Shown one piece after another: positions 1-13,900 of a stretch of 64,000 bases of DNA; within the stretch, counting starts at the first letter, position 1; each line of letters begins with the position of its first letter. A program made the translations under genes and the position numbers. The DNA lies in NCBI GenBank assembly GCA_000708835.1, contig DF237243.1, positions 33,691 to 97,690 on the forward strand, given 5' to 3'. This DNA comes from Klebsormidium nitens. Its lineage: Eukaryota; Plantae; Klebsormidiophyceae. The notes beneath the pieces are model-generated. The model was not told the DNA's origin and ran no database searches. It saw only the letters and a list, made by a program, of their open reading frames with translations.

Positions 1-3000
1 AACACCTCGGAGTCTTCCTTTTCCCACATGGCCGCCAGCCTGGCCGGCAGGTCGAACACGACCGGGTTGCCCGCGCCGCTGAAGCCGCGCTTCTGCTGCT
101 CCCACCACGACATGAGCAGCACCATCTGGCGCGGGTGGGCGTCCAGGAAGCGCTCCAGGCACGGGATGCGGTCGCCCAGAAACTCCAGGAACGCGCCGTC
201 CACGTAGGTGCCCCCGCACAGGTCGCCGCTGCCGCGCGACACCTCGCGCAGCGAGCGGTCCATCTTCTCTTGCACGATCAGGTCCGCCGTGCCGCCGCCC
301 ACGTCTGCGAACAATGGTCGAATGGTCAGTCGGGATGGCACTACCACTTTAGGACCGCTTACTCTCCAAGGATGCAGATGAGTACCGGAAGATCAGCAGG
401 ATCCAAGGAGAGGCAAAAGACACAATAAGAAAGAGAGGTCTTTCGGTACGAACAGGTCCGTCCCACCTTTCTTGGAAAACATCTCAAAACAGATTCAGAA
501 GGGACAAGATCGTAAGTATGTGTTGAATTGAATAGAGAGGTGGAATCGCTTGTTTGAACGCCCGCGGATTTGAAAGTCAGCCGCCGACGTCTGCAGAGGC
601 GTATGAGAGTAGCTCAGAACGAAGCAGATGACCAAGAGGATGTAGATGAAGCAGTCAAGCGCCCGAGTACGTGTGCTAACGCACCTGCCTACTTCCCAAG
701 ATCCATGACACGTTATTAGGGGTTGAAAGGAACGGACTCTTCGCCTACCTCGATGAAGTCGAACCCGCATAACACCCGGCCAGTGTTGTGAGGGTGAACA
801 ACGTTGTGAACGCGGGATGCTCCTATCATGACTCTCGATTCCCAATTCGTGTTCGCAAAACGCATCTGATACTTGAGCATTCCTTGAGGCCGCATCGCAC
901 ACCCACCTGGGGTGTGGAACAATCCGCGACGGTTGTTTCGCACCTGCACGGCTGCCCGTGTACCTTGTCGCAAGGTGAAAAAAATACGGAACAGACAAGG
1001 AGAAAGCAGATCTAGAGCCCAACTGCAATGGAAAAGTTCCCCGCGCTTGATCCCTGCCCTGCTGGCCGCCCTGCGCTTGTCGTAAAGAAGGAAGTAAAGC
1101 ATGAAAACAAGTGAGTACGACATAAGAGCCCACCTGCGATCAAGAACACGTCGCCGCGCTTGATTCCCCCCCTGGCGGCCGCCATGTGTTTGTCGCAGTA
1201 GACGGCGGCCGCCTCGGGCTCGAGCACGATGAGCAGCGGGTGCGGGCTCGCGCCGGGGCCGATCAGCCCCGCCGCCTCCGCGATGCGCCGCATCTCCTGC
1301 TTCGCGGGCTCGTCCCAAATGGCGGGCACGGTCAGGCACCACTGGATGTCGGACTGCGGGGAAGAGTTCCCGGTTCTGAGAGGTTTACCTTTCTGGACCT
1401 TTGCGTCAACACCGAGTCGAAGATCGAGAATGGTCGAGATGGTAATGTTCTTTGCCAGAGAGGAGAAGATGGAGCCGAGATTGAGCCCGAAAGAGTTCGA
1501 ACATGAGGATAAGATTGCGCTGGTCGTTATGTGAATGTCAAGCACTATTGGATGACGGACTGCAGGGATGAAGGTTTCGGACCTGAGGAATTCTCCGGAT
1601 TTTGGAAGCGAAAGGAAGTGGAAAGTTGCAAAGCGGATTCCTCTAGAGAATGTGACTGCTGCTGGGTGTTTGTGACTGCCAAGCTCCATGACATTTTGGA
1701 CTACTGTGACTAGGGTTTGTGGTTCAAGGGGCAGCCTCGAATGGTTGAGTCGTCTCGCGGTGGAGGTCTCGACAGGAACGGTACTCTTGAGTATGGAAGG
1801 AGGTCTTAATCAATGTCAGGCACCGCTGGGGCTGGTTTTGTGACAGGAAGGGTTCAAGGGAACGGTTCAAAGTCCCCCGCATAAGTAAGTTAAATGCAGG
1901 TACGCCTCCAGCTTAGCTTGAGTCTCAATTAGGTTCCATTATCTCTACTCCGAAGAACATCCGGTTTCACCAAGTATGGGAAAAGCCGGAAACTCCCCCC
2001 CACCTTTCCGATGCACGCCCCCAGCTTGGCCTGGAATTCTTCGACAACCCCTTTTCCAGTCTCTCTACTCAAGAATACCACCCGCATGTTTGCAAGAGCA
2101 CGAAAACCGCGGGAATCGCCCCCTTAAATTTTTGCTATACGCCTCCAGCTTGGCCTGAACCTGTTTCCCATTCTCTCTACTTCAGACAGAAATACTACCC
2201 GCATATTCGCAAGAGCATAAAAATTCGGAGCTCCCTCCCACCTTTTTGATATACGCCCCCAGCTTGGCCTGGATCTCCTTGACGGCCATGGCCCCCATCT
2301 CCGCTAGGTACTCCGACAGCACGCGCCGCACCGTCAGCCCCTCCGGCAGCTGCAGCCCCTCCCCCCCGCGCGCGTACTCCACGCTCGCCAGGTAAAGCTT
2401 CACGCGGCTCAGCATCACCTGCAAACGAAAAAGCTCGCGTTACTAGTTTCCCACACGTTTGGTTAGTGAAGCTTTCAAGATTTAGTACACACTATGTGGA
2501 AGCTGTTGGAGTGTGGGAATCTGCTCACGTTAACTAAGCCCGTTTAGTAAGGTTCAAGCTTCCTCCTTCTTCAACGACTTTCGGAATTGTGCCTAGCGAC
2601 CGTCTCCATCGTTGTCGCTTGAAAGCAGGGCCTTATGAACCTTATCCCGAGAGCCGCGATGGTCCTGGACCACAAAGTGTCAGATGCCAATAGCTCATCA
2701 GCATACAAACGAGGCTTTGACGCTGACAGTGTTTCACGTCTCAAAGGAGCGACCAAGCCTTTGGTTTTTACCCCTGCTTATCCCTGTTTTGACAGCCACA
2801 TGCGACCAAGCCTTCTGCGCGCATGCAGTTGAGGACGTCTGGAAAACCTGAGCCCGGACTCGGCATCTACATTTTACCTTTTCAGACGATGAAAACGATT
2901 CGAGGTTCAGGGAAGATTGCAGTGATTCTTTGCAGGGACGTCTTGTCATGATCACCCCACCTGCCGCCCCTCCCCGGTGTCTTGCCCCGGGCCCAAGTAG

Positions 3001-3278
3001 TCCAGGTGGCGCAGCATAGCGGGGTATCCGATCTCCAGCAACTTCCAGCCACCCCCCGGAGAAGTCTCCTGGTATAGAGACGTGGTGGAAGTCTTGCAAT
3101 AAGGGCGACCGATTGCCTCCACTTGCCCCGGCCAGTTGTATTCGCCGTAAATGTTCCCCGGGTCACGCCGGTAGGCGTAGAAGAAGCCGGAGTACGTTGT
3201 CCCGAGGTCGATCGCGGCGACCACTGGGGAGGGGGCCAGGCTCACGGACTCCAGAGCGTGCCGCGCGTCTTCCACCAT
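1..3278 (-). CDS. Hsp70-superfamily protein (HSPA12-like), spliced, 3' end outside window
   Basis: Exons 3278-2961, 2418-2242, 1353-1134 and 304-1 join in phase at GT-AG sites. Translation gives VVAAIDLGTTYSG (phosphate-1), WCLTVPAIWDEPAKQEMRRIAEAAGL, IVLEPEAAAVYC, FLIA/DVGGGTAD (phosphate-2) and GDLCGGTYVD. An acceptor just upstream of the ATG (3282-3281) suggests a further 5' exon. Confidence 0.9.
1899..2275 (-). repeat. ~115-125 bp tandem repeat: decaying copies of the exon-2 3' end plus donor site of the Hsp70-like gene
   Basis: The motif acgcc(t/c)ccagctt(a/g)gc(c/t)tg occurs at ~1900, ~2012, ~2137 and in the true exon (~2251). Three copies are preceded by a similar cccgcat...gcaagagc...aaa or cc...aaaa...ccccc block. 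Confidence 0.8.
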
Positions 3279-6200
3279 CTCTGAAAGACGGGGTAGAAGT
3301 TACTCTTGGTGTGGCTGTGTTTGTATCTTACTACTTGTCGCAAAAGAGTTGCTCCCGGTGTGCCTATATAGATACTTACATTTTACGTTCAAAGGGGATT
3401 GCCTGGAGCGGGCAAGAAGTGGACCTGTGTGCAAACTTCAACTGTCTTCTTTCGGAGAACCTCTGTGGTTTGATTGCAAGAAGAGGTATTGGTGCTATCT
3501 GGCGCTTCCGGTCGCTTCTTCGAACGGGGTCCTGCTTACATATTTTCGAAGAGTTGCTTCTTTGGCAGGGCAGGCCTGTTTTTGATGCATTTGGGCGGTG
3601 GAGAAACAACCTTACTCTTTAACAGAGGCACTTCTGGGTCTTCCGAACTGCTACTTTGGAGGAGCGCCCCTTGCAGATTGGAGAACCGGAACTTAGTTAC
3701 GCTTTAAATCATGGAAGCGAAGAGGACACTCCCTGTGAAAGAGAGTTTCAGGAAGTCGAGTTCGTAGCTCGACTCGAGTTCCTGTCACATCAATGGCAGC
3801 ATCGACTTGATGATGGAAGACTGACTGCTAGAACGAAGTTTTCCGAAACGCGTCCGAAACGTGCGCACTTGTGTGTTTGGATGTGACTAGAGATGTGACT
3901 GGAGGCGCTTGCCTTCTCCCGTCCACGACCAATACCCCCCCGGCAGTTAGATCAGTAGGTACCCTACCTTGATACACACGCAGAAGCGGATCTCAAAAGT
4001 GTCTCAAAGGATCTGGATTCCCGAATAGATAACAGATCAGTTCATGACAGCCGGTACAAGTTCTCAGTACGAGTATCCCACTCCGACATTTTGTCCCTGG
4101 TAAAAGCCCTCACTGGGCCTTCGAGGATGACACTTCTCACGTCATCATGGGAACCCCAACTCTATTCCCGGGGTGAGCATTAACGGTGTCTCGTCCGGCT
4201 TGACTTCGTCTCTCCCTTCCGTTGGTGTCGAGCGTCCTTCTCCGCCACACCTCTAACTTCTGGGCTTCCCCTGGCGGCTTCTACAATCGGCAGCCTGCTC
4301 TATAGAAAGCACTGTACTAGATGCATCTGGCCGCTTACTCTCCCGAAGTTTGCAGCTTGGAAGACCTGAGCACACGTTCCCCCGCCGTCTTCCCCGCTCG
4401 TGACCCAAGACTATGCGGTGAGAAGCCTTAAGTGCGCACGTCTTACGAAAACTATACATAAGGCTTCGGCGTAACCTTGTCGAACAAGCAGCGGACAGTA
4501 CCGAACGGTGCTGCCGAGACTAGCTCTGCGTGCTCGTCTGAGAGCCCCTCCATAGACTGCATGCGATCATTTTAGACTCTGAGATGGTCTTGCCGTTATG
4601 CCGCCAGCTATTACTTGGTTCTTGACGAACTCTCTATCCTCTGTTAAGCAGTCACAAGAATGTGCAGTCGACTTTGCGGAAGGATCTGGCAGGATCACAA
4701 CAAGCCCGGGCGTGCGCAATGGGGTTCAATCGTTGGTGCACTCACAAACGTATAACAAGTATAAAGCTTGTCATAAGTTCGGCAAAATCAGCAGGCAACG
4801 CAATCGTGTTTGGAAAGACTTGGCAGTTTGAATAATTGGATAGGTAGTCATCAGTAGTCGATAAAGACGGGATAACGATGGTCATGAGAGGCAGAAGAAG
4901 CTGTGGAGCACGAATCCGTGATCTTCCACCGACAAGTATTTGCACGAGCGTTTCCCAGTTGTGATGTATAAGCGGACCAAAGTGCTCCTTTTGGTCCCCG
5001 AAGAAAGCTGAGGCCGACGTGAATTCTTTGTGATGGTCAGACACAGTCAACCAAATGTGCACCACACGATCATGCCTTCACATTGTAAGGCAAGCGTTCT
5101 TCAGACCGAGCCTGTGTCGGTTACGGTCGGAATGGAATCTTGTACGAAGATCGGAAAGTCGAATCACTGAAAGGCGAGGCTTGTGGCCACGTAAGATAGA
5201 CAGGCTTAATGAAGATAGCATAGTATCATGGTGACGCAGTTTTGAAGTAGCTCGACAAGCCCAAGAAGCTGGTAAGTTTTAGGTATGAATATCGAGATAA
5301 GCTTACAGGCCTTGCCAACTGTCGAACAGGAACCCGCACATGCTACCACACCATCATCTGCATCAGTATTTCAAGTTGAAGCAGCATAGACAAGGGCGAG
5401 TACGTTTTAGCACCTCGCACAATAGCGGGCGTGTACAGAACCAAAACAAACTTCAAAATGAAATTATGCATAGTGTTTACTGTCATCCTCACTTACAGGG
5501 GGTCCACTACTTGACGGAAGGCAATCGAACTCTCGAATTTCTTGGAGGATTCGCCGTTCTGCGAAAGCCTGCAGGATCAGAAGAAAGGCCTCGTAAGCTG
5601 CCTGGACAAACTGCTCACGAAATGCATATTGAGGATGCCTCCTGCATTCGATTTTTAAATGCTTGTCGATGAACACGCTTAAGTTCGAGGCAGCTTTAGT
5701 GTCGGGTCAGAACATTCCGAAACTGTTTCAGTCTCGAAAAGCGGGCCCATCAAATGAGCATCGCAAAAGGCGGCTCGGTTGCGGATGTCGAACTGGCCGT
5801 CGAAAATCGACCAATCGCGACAGACTCATGTACAGCGGAGGTAGGTGTTTGTGGAGCCCATACAGCGCCTTTGGAAGTGATGCAAGACAAAAAGTTGACT
5901 GCGCGCAACCATTCCGTTTGATCCACTCAGGGACTCAAAACGTTGCAGTCAATCAAGGACCTACTTTCAAAACCATTGGCTTCAACCATGTGTATTAGTT
6001 AGTGAGCTTCCACGTTAGTGAGGAGCCTTGGCAACCTCCAGTATACTGTGTGAGTTGATTTGCAGCCAAATCGAAGCGGAGGTGTGATCAGCTCCAATGC
6101 TTGGTCGAAATAAGCGTTCTGTGACAGCAGTGAGTGGGTCAAACGAGAGCGTGGTCACAGATGTTAAAAGATAGCGGATCTGTCGACTTCACCTCTATCG

Positions 6201-7991
6201 AAGAAGAGTTGGACGGCAGGCTGCACGCCAGGAATATTTGACATCCCGTCCGTTTGGAAAGCCTCTGTGCCATCAGAGCCCCCGCATCCCCTCCTTTGGT
6301 TATCAGCTGCGCAACGCTTGGCTGCGGGTCGAATTTGGTTGGTACGGCTGCGTAGAGACTTCCGAAGGCCGCAGAGTTGCACCCAACCCAAACGTAGTAC
6401 TGCGGGCATGTGAGACACGCATATTTAGCAAGTCAGACGTTTTGATGAGCTTGTTGTTGAGGCCCCTTCTTGATCTGTACGCCAGAAAGACGTCTATTCT
6501 GCCCAGATGAAGCAGGGCTTTCTGTGGGTTAATATATATCACTGCCAGATGATGAAATGATCTTGCCTGCTTGAAGCCGAAACCCGGGCAGCCTTTTCAA
6601 AATAGACAGTTTGCACCAAAGGTTGGTAGTGGTGGTAGTGGTATCTTTAAAAGGAGGTGGTGGATCAGGCAGTTGAACACTGTCTGGAGAGTCCGCAGAT
6701 GTGTTTTCATGACTCCACATAATGAACACTTCAAAGAACGAAGTGAGCCTGAGTCGACCATGCAGGAGGCCCGCTGCCTATGTGGAGTCGCCCATATATT
6801 TGTAAGTGTAGACTACATCACCAGAGCACTAAGCCACAGTGAGATTTTCCTAGATCGCTACTAGGAGGTGTCAACCAGGGAAACAATTGGGTTTTCAGCA
6901 TGATCAACGATGTCAAGGTGGAATCAAACATCATCGCTTTGACCCTGTAAGATAAAGGATTTTGTTACATTTTCAACGTTTTGCCTGCTTGATGTAGCTT
7001 TTGCAGAAGGAAGTTGTTCTTGCCAGTTCCGCCAGATGATGCATGTGGAGAGCAAACTGCCAACACGTATGGTCAACAGCAAATCCCCAGCATGTTGATT
7101 ATGAGGAAAGAAGCCCCTTCTCCCCTCCTCAAGCCTTTACTTTATTCTACTTGAAAGCTCTGGTCACATACTTTTTGTCATTGAATCCAATATCAGACTC
7201 TGTGCTTACCTGCTGTTCAAATTTGATAATCTGAAAGTGCACCACCACATCTGAAGCTTCCTCGCTAAAGCACCTCTGCACAATGCCCAGCTGTTGCTCA
7301 TGTGTCACAGGCGTAGCTTCAGCAGCCTCCGCCCCAGCTTTTACACCCTGCTCCGCCATTGATCCAACTCTGCTTTAGGCACAATGGTCTGCGTGGCGCC
7401 TCTTGTGCATTCCTGAATCCTGAGTGGCTTTTATCCTCTGGTCTGGCCAACTGTTCTATGATAATGTTCTATGATGTTCTGTTGTCAGTTCTAAATGCTT
7501 GAAATGCTGCGAAAATCAAAAACTCTTGACAAAACATTGATGCTGAAGAGAAAGCAGTTTTTAGGACGATTTTAGGGGGTGTCCAAATTCAAACCCAATC
7601 TGCTGAAACCGCAGAGGATTCCTCATCTGGAAATGCGAGTTTGGCAGCCGGGTCTTCTTCATTTGTTGGTGTGAATGCACACGTTCCTCTGCGTGAACAA
7701 GCACGGAGCCAGGTTCAAATCCAAGTCATGGATCTGTCACTTCAAGTTGTGGCAGAAATTGTTTACTGTACAGTCTATACTGAACGCATTTGCAATTTGC
7801 ATGAAAACTGCAGTCCTGAGCTTGTCATTGAATGGCATTGGTGAGGACTTATTCAGGAAGATGTCTTCAGAAGGTCAATAATATTGAGCCGTCCAAGCTT
7901 CTTACCTACGCGTCGCTCAATGGGGCGCCACTAGAAGGGCCACAATTAAGGCTGTCTGCTGGTTTACTCAGACCGACCTTTGTGAAGCAGC

Positions 7992-10900
7992 ATGCATCAT
8001 GGTGGAGCGGGACTGGGGCGACTAACCCAGGAAGAAGGCTCAAGCTTTGGGTTGACAGAGCGGGACGTCAGTCTGATGGACAACATAAGGCGCTTGCAAT
8101 CGGACTTTGAGCTGGAGGAGGAGTCGGAAGACGAGAATGAAACGAGCTGCTTTCGTACTCAGTTGGGGAGAGTCAATGTACCGGAAAGCCAAGAGGGCGG
8201 GGGAAGCATCTTTGAAACATTGTCAGAAGATCCCACTGGGACAGCTTCAGTCGAGATTGATGTAGCTGGTGCAGAAGTCATCAAGACGGGGGAGCAATTG
8301 TGTGAAGAAGTTTCTTGCAGCCAAGATTTGCCTGCAAGAGAAGGTGGACAAGCGACATGGAGTGTGGAAAACATGAGGCCTGAGCATAATGCAAGGGATT
8401 CCATATTTCCATCACATGGCACCGGTGATTTCCAGTTGCGGGGGCTAGAAGCCAGCATCGATGCACCTGAAGTTGGGGAGACGTTGCAGCAAGAACAAGG
8501 GCCTGGCGACCAGGATGGAGACAGCGACTCCGAGCGGTATGACAGCTTGTACCAAGAGCATGTGCGGCGCCAACGTGATGCGGCACCCGAAAGCCGTGTC
8601 ATGGAGGAAGACTTGGAGGAGGACGATCGTTTTGAGATCTCGCAGCCCGAGTCAGACTCCCAGCAGCAGCCTCTGATGACTAACCTTAGCCAGAGGGACC
8701 AGCAGTTCCTAGCAAGCATCAGGCAGCTGGACCAGGTGGAACTAGAGGAGGAGGAAATGTCCGACGCGTCTGAAACGGATAGTGACGAGGAGAGGTAGGT
8801 GGTGGTGCGGTTGAGGCGCTCGGTCTAGACGCGGTTTTTTTGCTCGGGTGCCTCCTTTTGTATCATGCAGTAGATGGAATTTCTCCATACCAGAGTGAGC
8901 TCGCAAATCGTCGATGCCATGCACCAGGACGTTGTGAGTGCAAACAAGTTGGATTGTTCCTTTTAAGGTGAGGAGGATTCTTTCGCTACAACCTGAACCT
9001 GGACTGCCGCCTGGTTGTTGTTCGCTGTCAGATCATGTGTCACGAACTTCAACTTACGTCAGTCGCATAAAGCTGAGCTTGTCATGCAGACCTGAAACTC
9101 CAAGGTTGGCTGCAAATCGGAGGGAGGACATCACCTTTGACACCACGCTGCCTGCCATGCACACCTACCTAGGTGGTAAGTATCAACTCTCTTAGTATAT
9201 CCTTACAGTATGGAGACAGCACCTCCCTCCTCGATGAATGCAGATCACAGTCTCTTATAATCGGTGGTGTCTCCTTCCTTTTACAATGACTTCGTTGAGT
9301 TGCGATCGTGTTGAGTCTGTTATCTATCTGCCTGAGGTAAAAGTGTGTATATCTTTGTTGTTTGTTTGATATATCACATCCTGTCTGATACTTGGCAAGT
9401 GACACGTTGCTAAAGGCGCACCTCTCGGACACTTTAACAGAGGCCAACAGTGCTTGCTTACCATTCATTCCTGTTCGTGAAGAGTTCGACGACGTCGCTG
9501 GGGGAAGGGCTTTCGAGGAGGGCGGTTCGCTCGTCACCCTACCCTTGTTCTATCTTGATGGTAAGCACGTCTGCTCATAGTCACACTTTCAATTTTCTTT
9601 TATTGTAGAATGAGGAGTCCGTTTCGCAAGGATGAAGGCTTTGGCAACACCTGTGATGCTTCTTGTCGATTCCTGTGACATCCGTCTCCGGTTTCCATGT
9701 CGTGATACTCCTCAAGCGATGAAAAATGCATGTCCAGTAGGACTTAATTTTCCTCTCTGCTCTACGGGACCTACGGGGCGTCACGTTCCCTAAGAGGCAA
9801 CATCGGAGTGGCATGATAACACTCAAGTTGCAGACGCTTTCGTCCCGTTTTGGACTCTTAAGATTCCATCAAGATTCGGACTCTACAACGGACCCCGGTG
9901 TAAATTTGAAGTGAGCCACTTCCGTTGCGCCAGGTGTCGTGCTGTTCCCGGGTGACTCCCTGCCGCTCCGTGTGATCCAGCCGCGCTTCCAAAGCGCCGT
10001 CAGGAGGGCCATGCGGCAGACGGCACACGCGTGCACCATTGCAGTGGTACGAAGTCGTAACCAATCTGACCGAGGCTCTCTTGATGTGCAATGATTGACC
10101 GGTGCGTGCTATCTTGCAAGGTATCACTCACATGCCGTTTCCTGGTCAGCATCTTTTATCCTCATTCGATTCGAATCTGAGATCGTGATACTTCAGCAGT
10201 GGCTTTCGGCTTCTTTTTGGACCAAAAGCTCAACGTATACGCAAGGCCAAAATATGAAATTATGGCCAACTTGCAGATATATTTGGATTTTCGGATACTT
10301 TCGAAGACAAAGTTGAATTTGATAGTGAGCTTTCTCCATCTACACAGGTCCTGTGCCGAGGGTACCTTCATCCGGAGGGTCCTGGTGTCGCAACTGTCGG
10401 AACAACTGCAGAGGTGGGAATACTTAACGTACCAAATGTTTATTTCTTTGCCCTCGAAACTCCGGCTATGTTGCAATTGAGTTCGGATCAACATGGTTAA
10501 GAAAAGCGTGGTCGTTCGTGTGATTCACGGAGAAGGCTTTTGTTTATCACAGAGGTTTGCATGGACGGGTCAGCCCTTCTGTTACGCACTTTGAGATTCT
10601 CGGCTGGTGCAAGAACGATAGGGGATCGACAAGGCTCTCAGCTTGATACCGACTTTGATACTTCCCATTTACTTGACGTTGGTTGCTTCTCAAGGGGCGT
10701 GTGTTGCCACCTTTCGTAGCTGGGCTGTCGCTTACAACCCACCGTCAAGCAGGTCTTTGAGACATTCGTGTCAATCTCCTAGGTCCCAATGTTACTGCCG
10801 AAGCAACTCTGTGGCTGACAAAGTAAAGCTCCGTTTCTTCTGTGTGCAGATCCGGCAGGTGAAAGAACAGGACGACGGGACCTTCAACATCGTCGCAAAG

Positions 10901-13900
10901 GGCCGCCAGCGGTTCTACGTGCGGAGGATCTCTTTCGAGGGGGACGACTCGGTGAGTCCGACTGGTCAAGTGGTAGCTCCGTGAGGAATGCTCGCTGCTT
11001 GATCAAAACCGTTTCTTCCTTCATTTGCTAAATTTCTAACCCTTGAATGTGGCATTGGAATTCCTGCAGAGAAATTTTTGCAAAGAACGCGGCAGTTTTG
11101 ACTGTAATGTCAGCATAAGCGGGGCTTGATTGTTGCCCACAAACCGGAGATGTCACGCGATGGCTCCGGTAGAGCCGTCCGTTGGTTATTGGCAACTGGC
11201 GGATGCGTGCTCGTATAGGATGCCTTCTCGATTTTCTCAACTGCTTTTGCAGCGGAAGCTTCATAATAAGTTTTCGTTGTCGTTTCAATCAGCGCCCCCT
11301 TAGAATGGTACCGGCCATGGCTACCCAAAAACGTTTCCAACGAAGTTGCGGGTCATTATCGTGTACAGGCGTCGGCGCACGTGCAGATCATTCCTGAAGA
11401 GAGGCCCCTGCGCATGCCGCGCGCGGCTTTTGGCCAGCTGGCAGCCTGGCCGTCTCCTCAAAGCGGACGTGTCCCCTCTGCTTTGGAGTCCCGGGAATCT
11501 GCCGGAAGCCCAACTAATCTCTCACCAACAACATACACAAGGTAAGTAGCAACTTGGCTCTCCTCGCTTTGCATTCATGTTCTTTCTGAAGAGCTTCACG
11601 GCCGCTCGGTCCCCATGCAGCATATTCGATACCGGAACGTACAACTTCCTGTATTTCAATCGGTCTTCTCAAGGTACGGAGCCTACCCGCACAGTGACGA
11701 AGGGTCAGAGCAGTCGACGGAGAACGTTCGTGATAATTCAGGAATTGATTTGCCGACGTCCTGAATTCCTGGATGAGCGGCACGCAACCAAAGCTTCCGT
11801 TTTTTGTTTCCCGTGCAGGACTCCTCGCCGGGCCAGTACCGGCGGCATTCCAACCAGCTCAATCTCCCGCAGGGGACGCCACCCGCCTGACGTCAGCCCC
11901 TCCTCCGGACCCCGTCGAAGCCGGCGCCGCGTCAGCTTCGACGGCGGCGCAGTCGGCGGCGTTTTGGGGCGACTGCGCGAACGGCCGGGACTCGCCGTTT
12001 TCGACTTTCCCATCGAAGAGGAGCGGGAGACGCAAGGGGCGACACGGAAAGCGGACGAGCCAGCGGAACGGCCGCCTGGGATTTCAGGAATCGGGGCGGG
12101 CGCGACGCCGCCAGCTGGCAGGCAGGGAGCGCGCCACGTGGCGACCCCTCGGAGCGCGCTGTTCCTGCCGGCGTACAAGAGACGGAAGCAGCGGAGGCTG
12201 GGAAAAGACTGGGAGGTAGCGGCGTCGGCTGAGAGGGCGCCGGAAGAAGAGAAACAAGGGGGAGGAAGGGAAGCATCTCACGGTCCAGAAATAGTGTGGC
12301 CGGAGCTTTGTCCCGTGCGCCACGACTTGGTGAGGGGGATCACCCAGGAAGAAGAAGCGGGTTCGCAAGCTGCGGGCGATTTGGCTGAGACGAGTATCGG
12401 GGCAGAAACTGTTCGGGGGGTGAGAGTTGGTGGCGAAGCCACCCCCCAAAACGTGGACATTCAGCGGTTGCTCGAATCACGCTGGGCGGGTACTAACTGC
12501 CGCTGGGGGGGTTTCCAAGGAGAGAGACACGGAAGCAGACACGACCAAACTCCACCGAAAGCCAGTCCCCGCCAATCGGGTGATACAGGTGATGGGGACG
12601 AGAGTACGGAGAAATGGCAGGGGGTGTCGAAGGCGTGGGCGGCAGATGATGCCACGTGGCGCATCCGGGCGCCGCTGAGCGCCTGGCCGTACTGGGTGTA
12701 CAGGTGAGGTGGGGTGGTGTGGTGTGCGGACGGCGGTGCGTTTAGGGGCATTGGCGTCTCCCAGCAGGGTTTTCAAGAGGTTTGAAGGGCGTAACTTTTG
12801 ATCCAGGCGCCGATTCAAACAGCTTCACATCTGCAGTTTGTGCACAGAATTGCGTCAGCTTCTTGTGGTCCTGCCGATGGTGAGAAGGTCAGGGAGCTCG
12901 AACAGGGTCGTATTTCTGGCGTCTTTGAGCTCCAAAAAGAGAGCGTTGGTACCCTGACACTTAAAATTCCCCCGGGGCGTAAATTTACTGGATTTCGTAA
13001 GCTCTAGTGAGGCTAAAAGTTTATTGGTTCTCTTCAACCGAGGAAACTGTCTTTGTTTCTTTGAAATGTACGAATTTCAAAAGAACCATCCTGACGGTCG
13101 TGCTGAGTAAGTTTCTTTAAACTTACGGCACCCCTTTTGCGCTTCCAAGTATTCGTTGGCTTTTCGGTACAGATCGTTTCGGCAAAACTCAACCACCATC
13201 CCTTCCAATGCAGGATGCATATGTACGACGCGAACGTGTTTGTGCGGTGTGCCAGACCCGATGCTACTACTATGCTGCTAAAGCAACACCTTCGAGCTTC
13301 CAAGTAGCTTCTTCCGTGGGATAGCTACACATAAACATTTCGCCAAAGAGGAGTGTAAACGATCTCGGCATTTCTGCAGGATGCACGATGCGTACGTGCT
13401 GGCGAGGCGCGTGGCGGACCTGATGCGGCAGGTGGTGCCCGCCCGCAAAGTGGACGACCTGCTGAACGAGCCGGAGGCGCTGTCCTACTACGTCGCCAGC
13501 AATCTCCCTCTGCAAGACGCCACTAGGTAATCTGACCCCATTTTTGAACAGAGACGCTCGTGCCTCGGTAAGTTGGATTACGTTTGAGATACACTCACGC
13601 ACGTCTGACTGAGTGCTACGAGCCGGAGGCGCTGTTCTACTTCGTCGACCAGCAATCTCCCTCTGCAAGACGCCACTAGGTAAGCTGACCCACATTTCGG
13701 AGACAGACTCGGTCATATTTAGGTAAGCTTATCTACTTCTGAGGTTAATCCCACTCATGTCTTACTGAATGCCACGAGCCGGAAGCGCTAATGTATTTCG
13801 TCGCAAGCAACTTGTCTTTGCAAAGAAGCCACCCGGTGAGCTGGCCCACTTTTTGGACAAACTCGCTCAAGTTTAGGTATTTGACCCACTGTTGAGATCG

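Noticed and set aside
3900-7900. Possible decayed retroelement or extra gene between the Hsp70-like and cereblon genes
   Set aside because: No RT, integrase or other motif and no consistent exon chain could be built.
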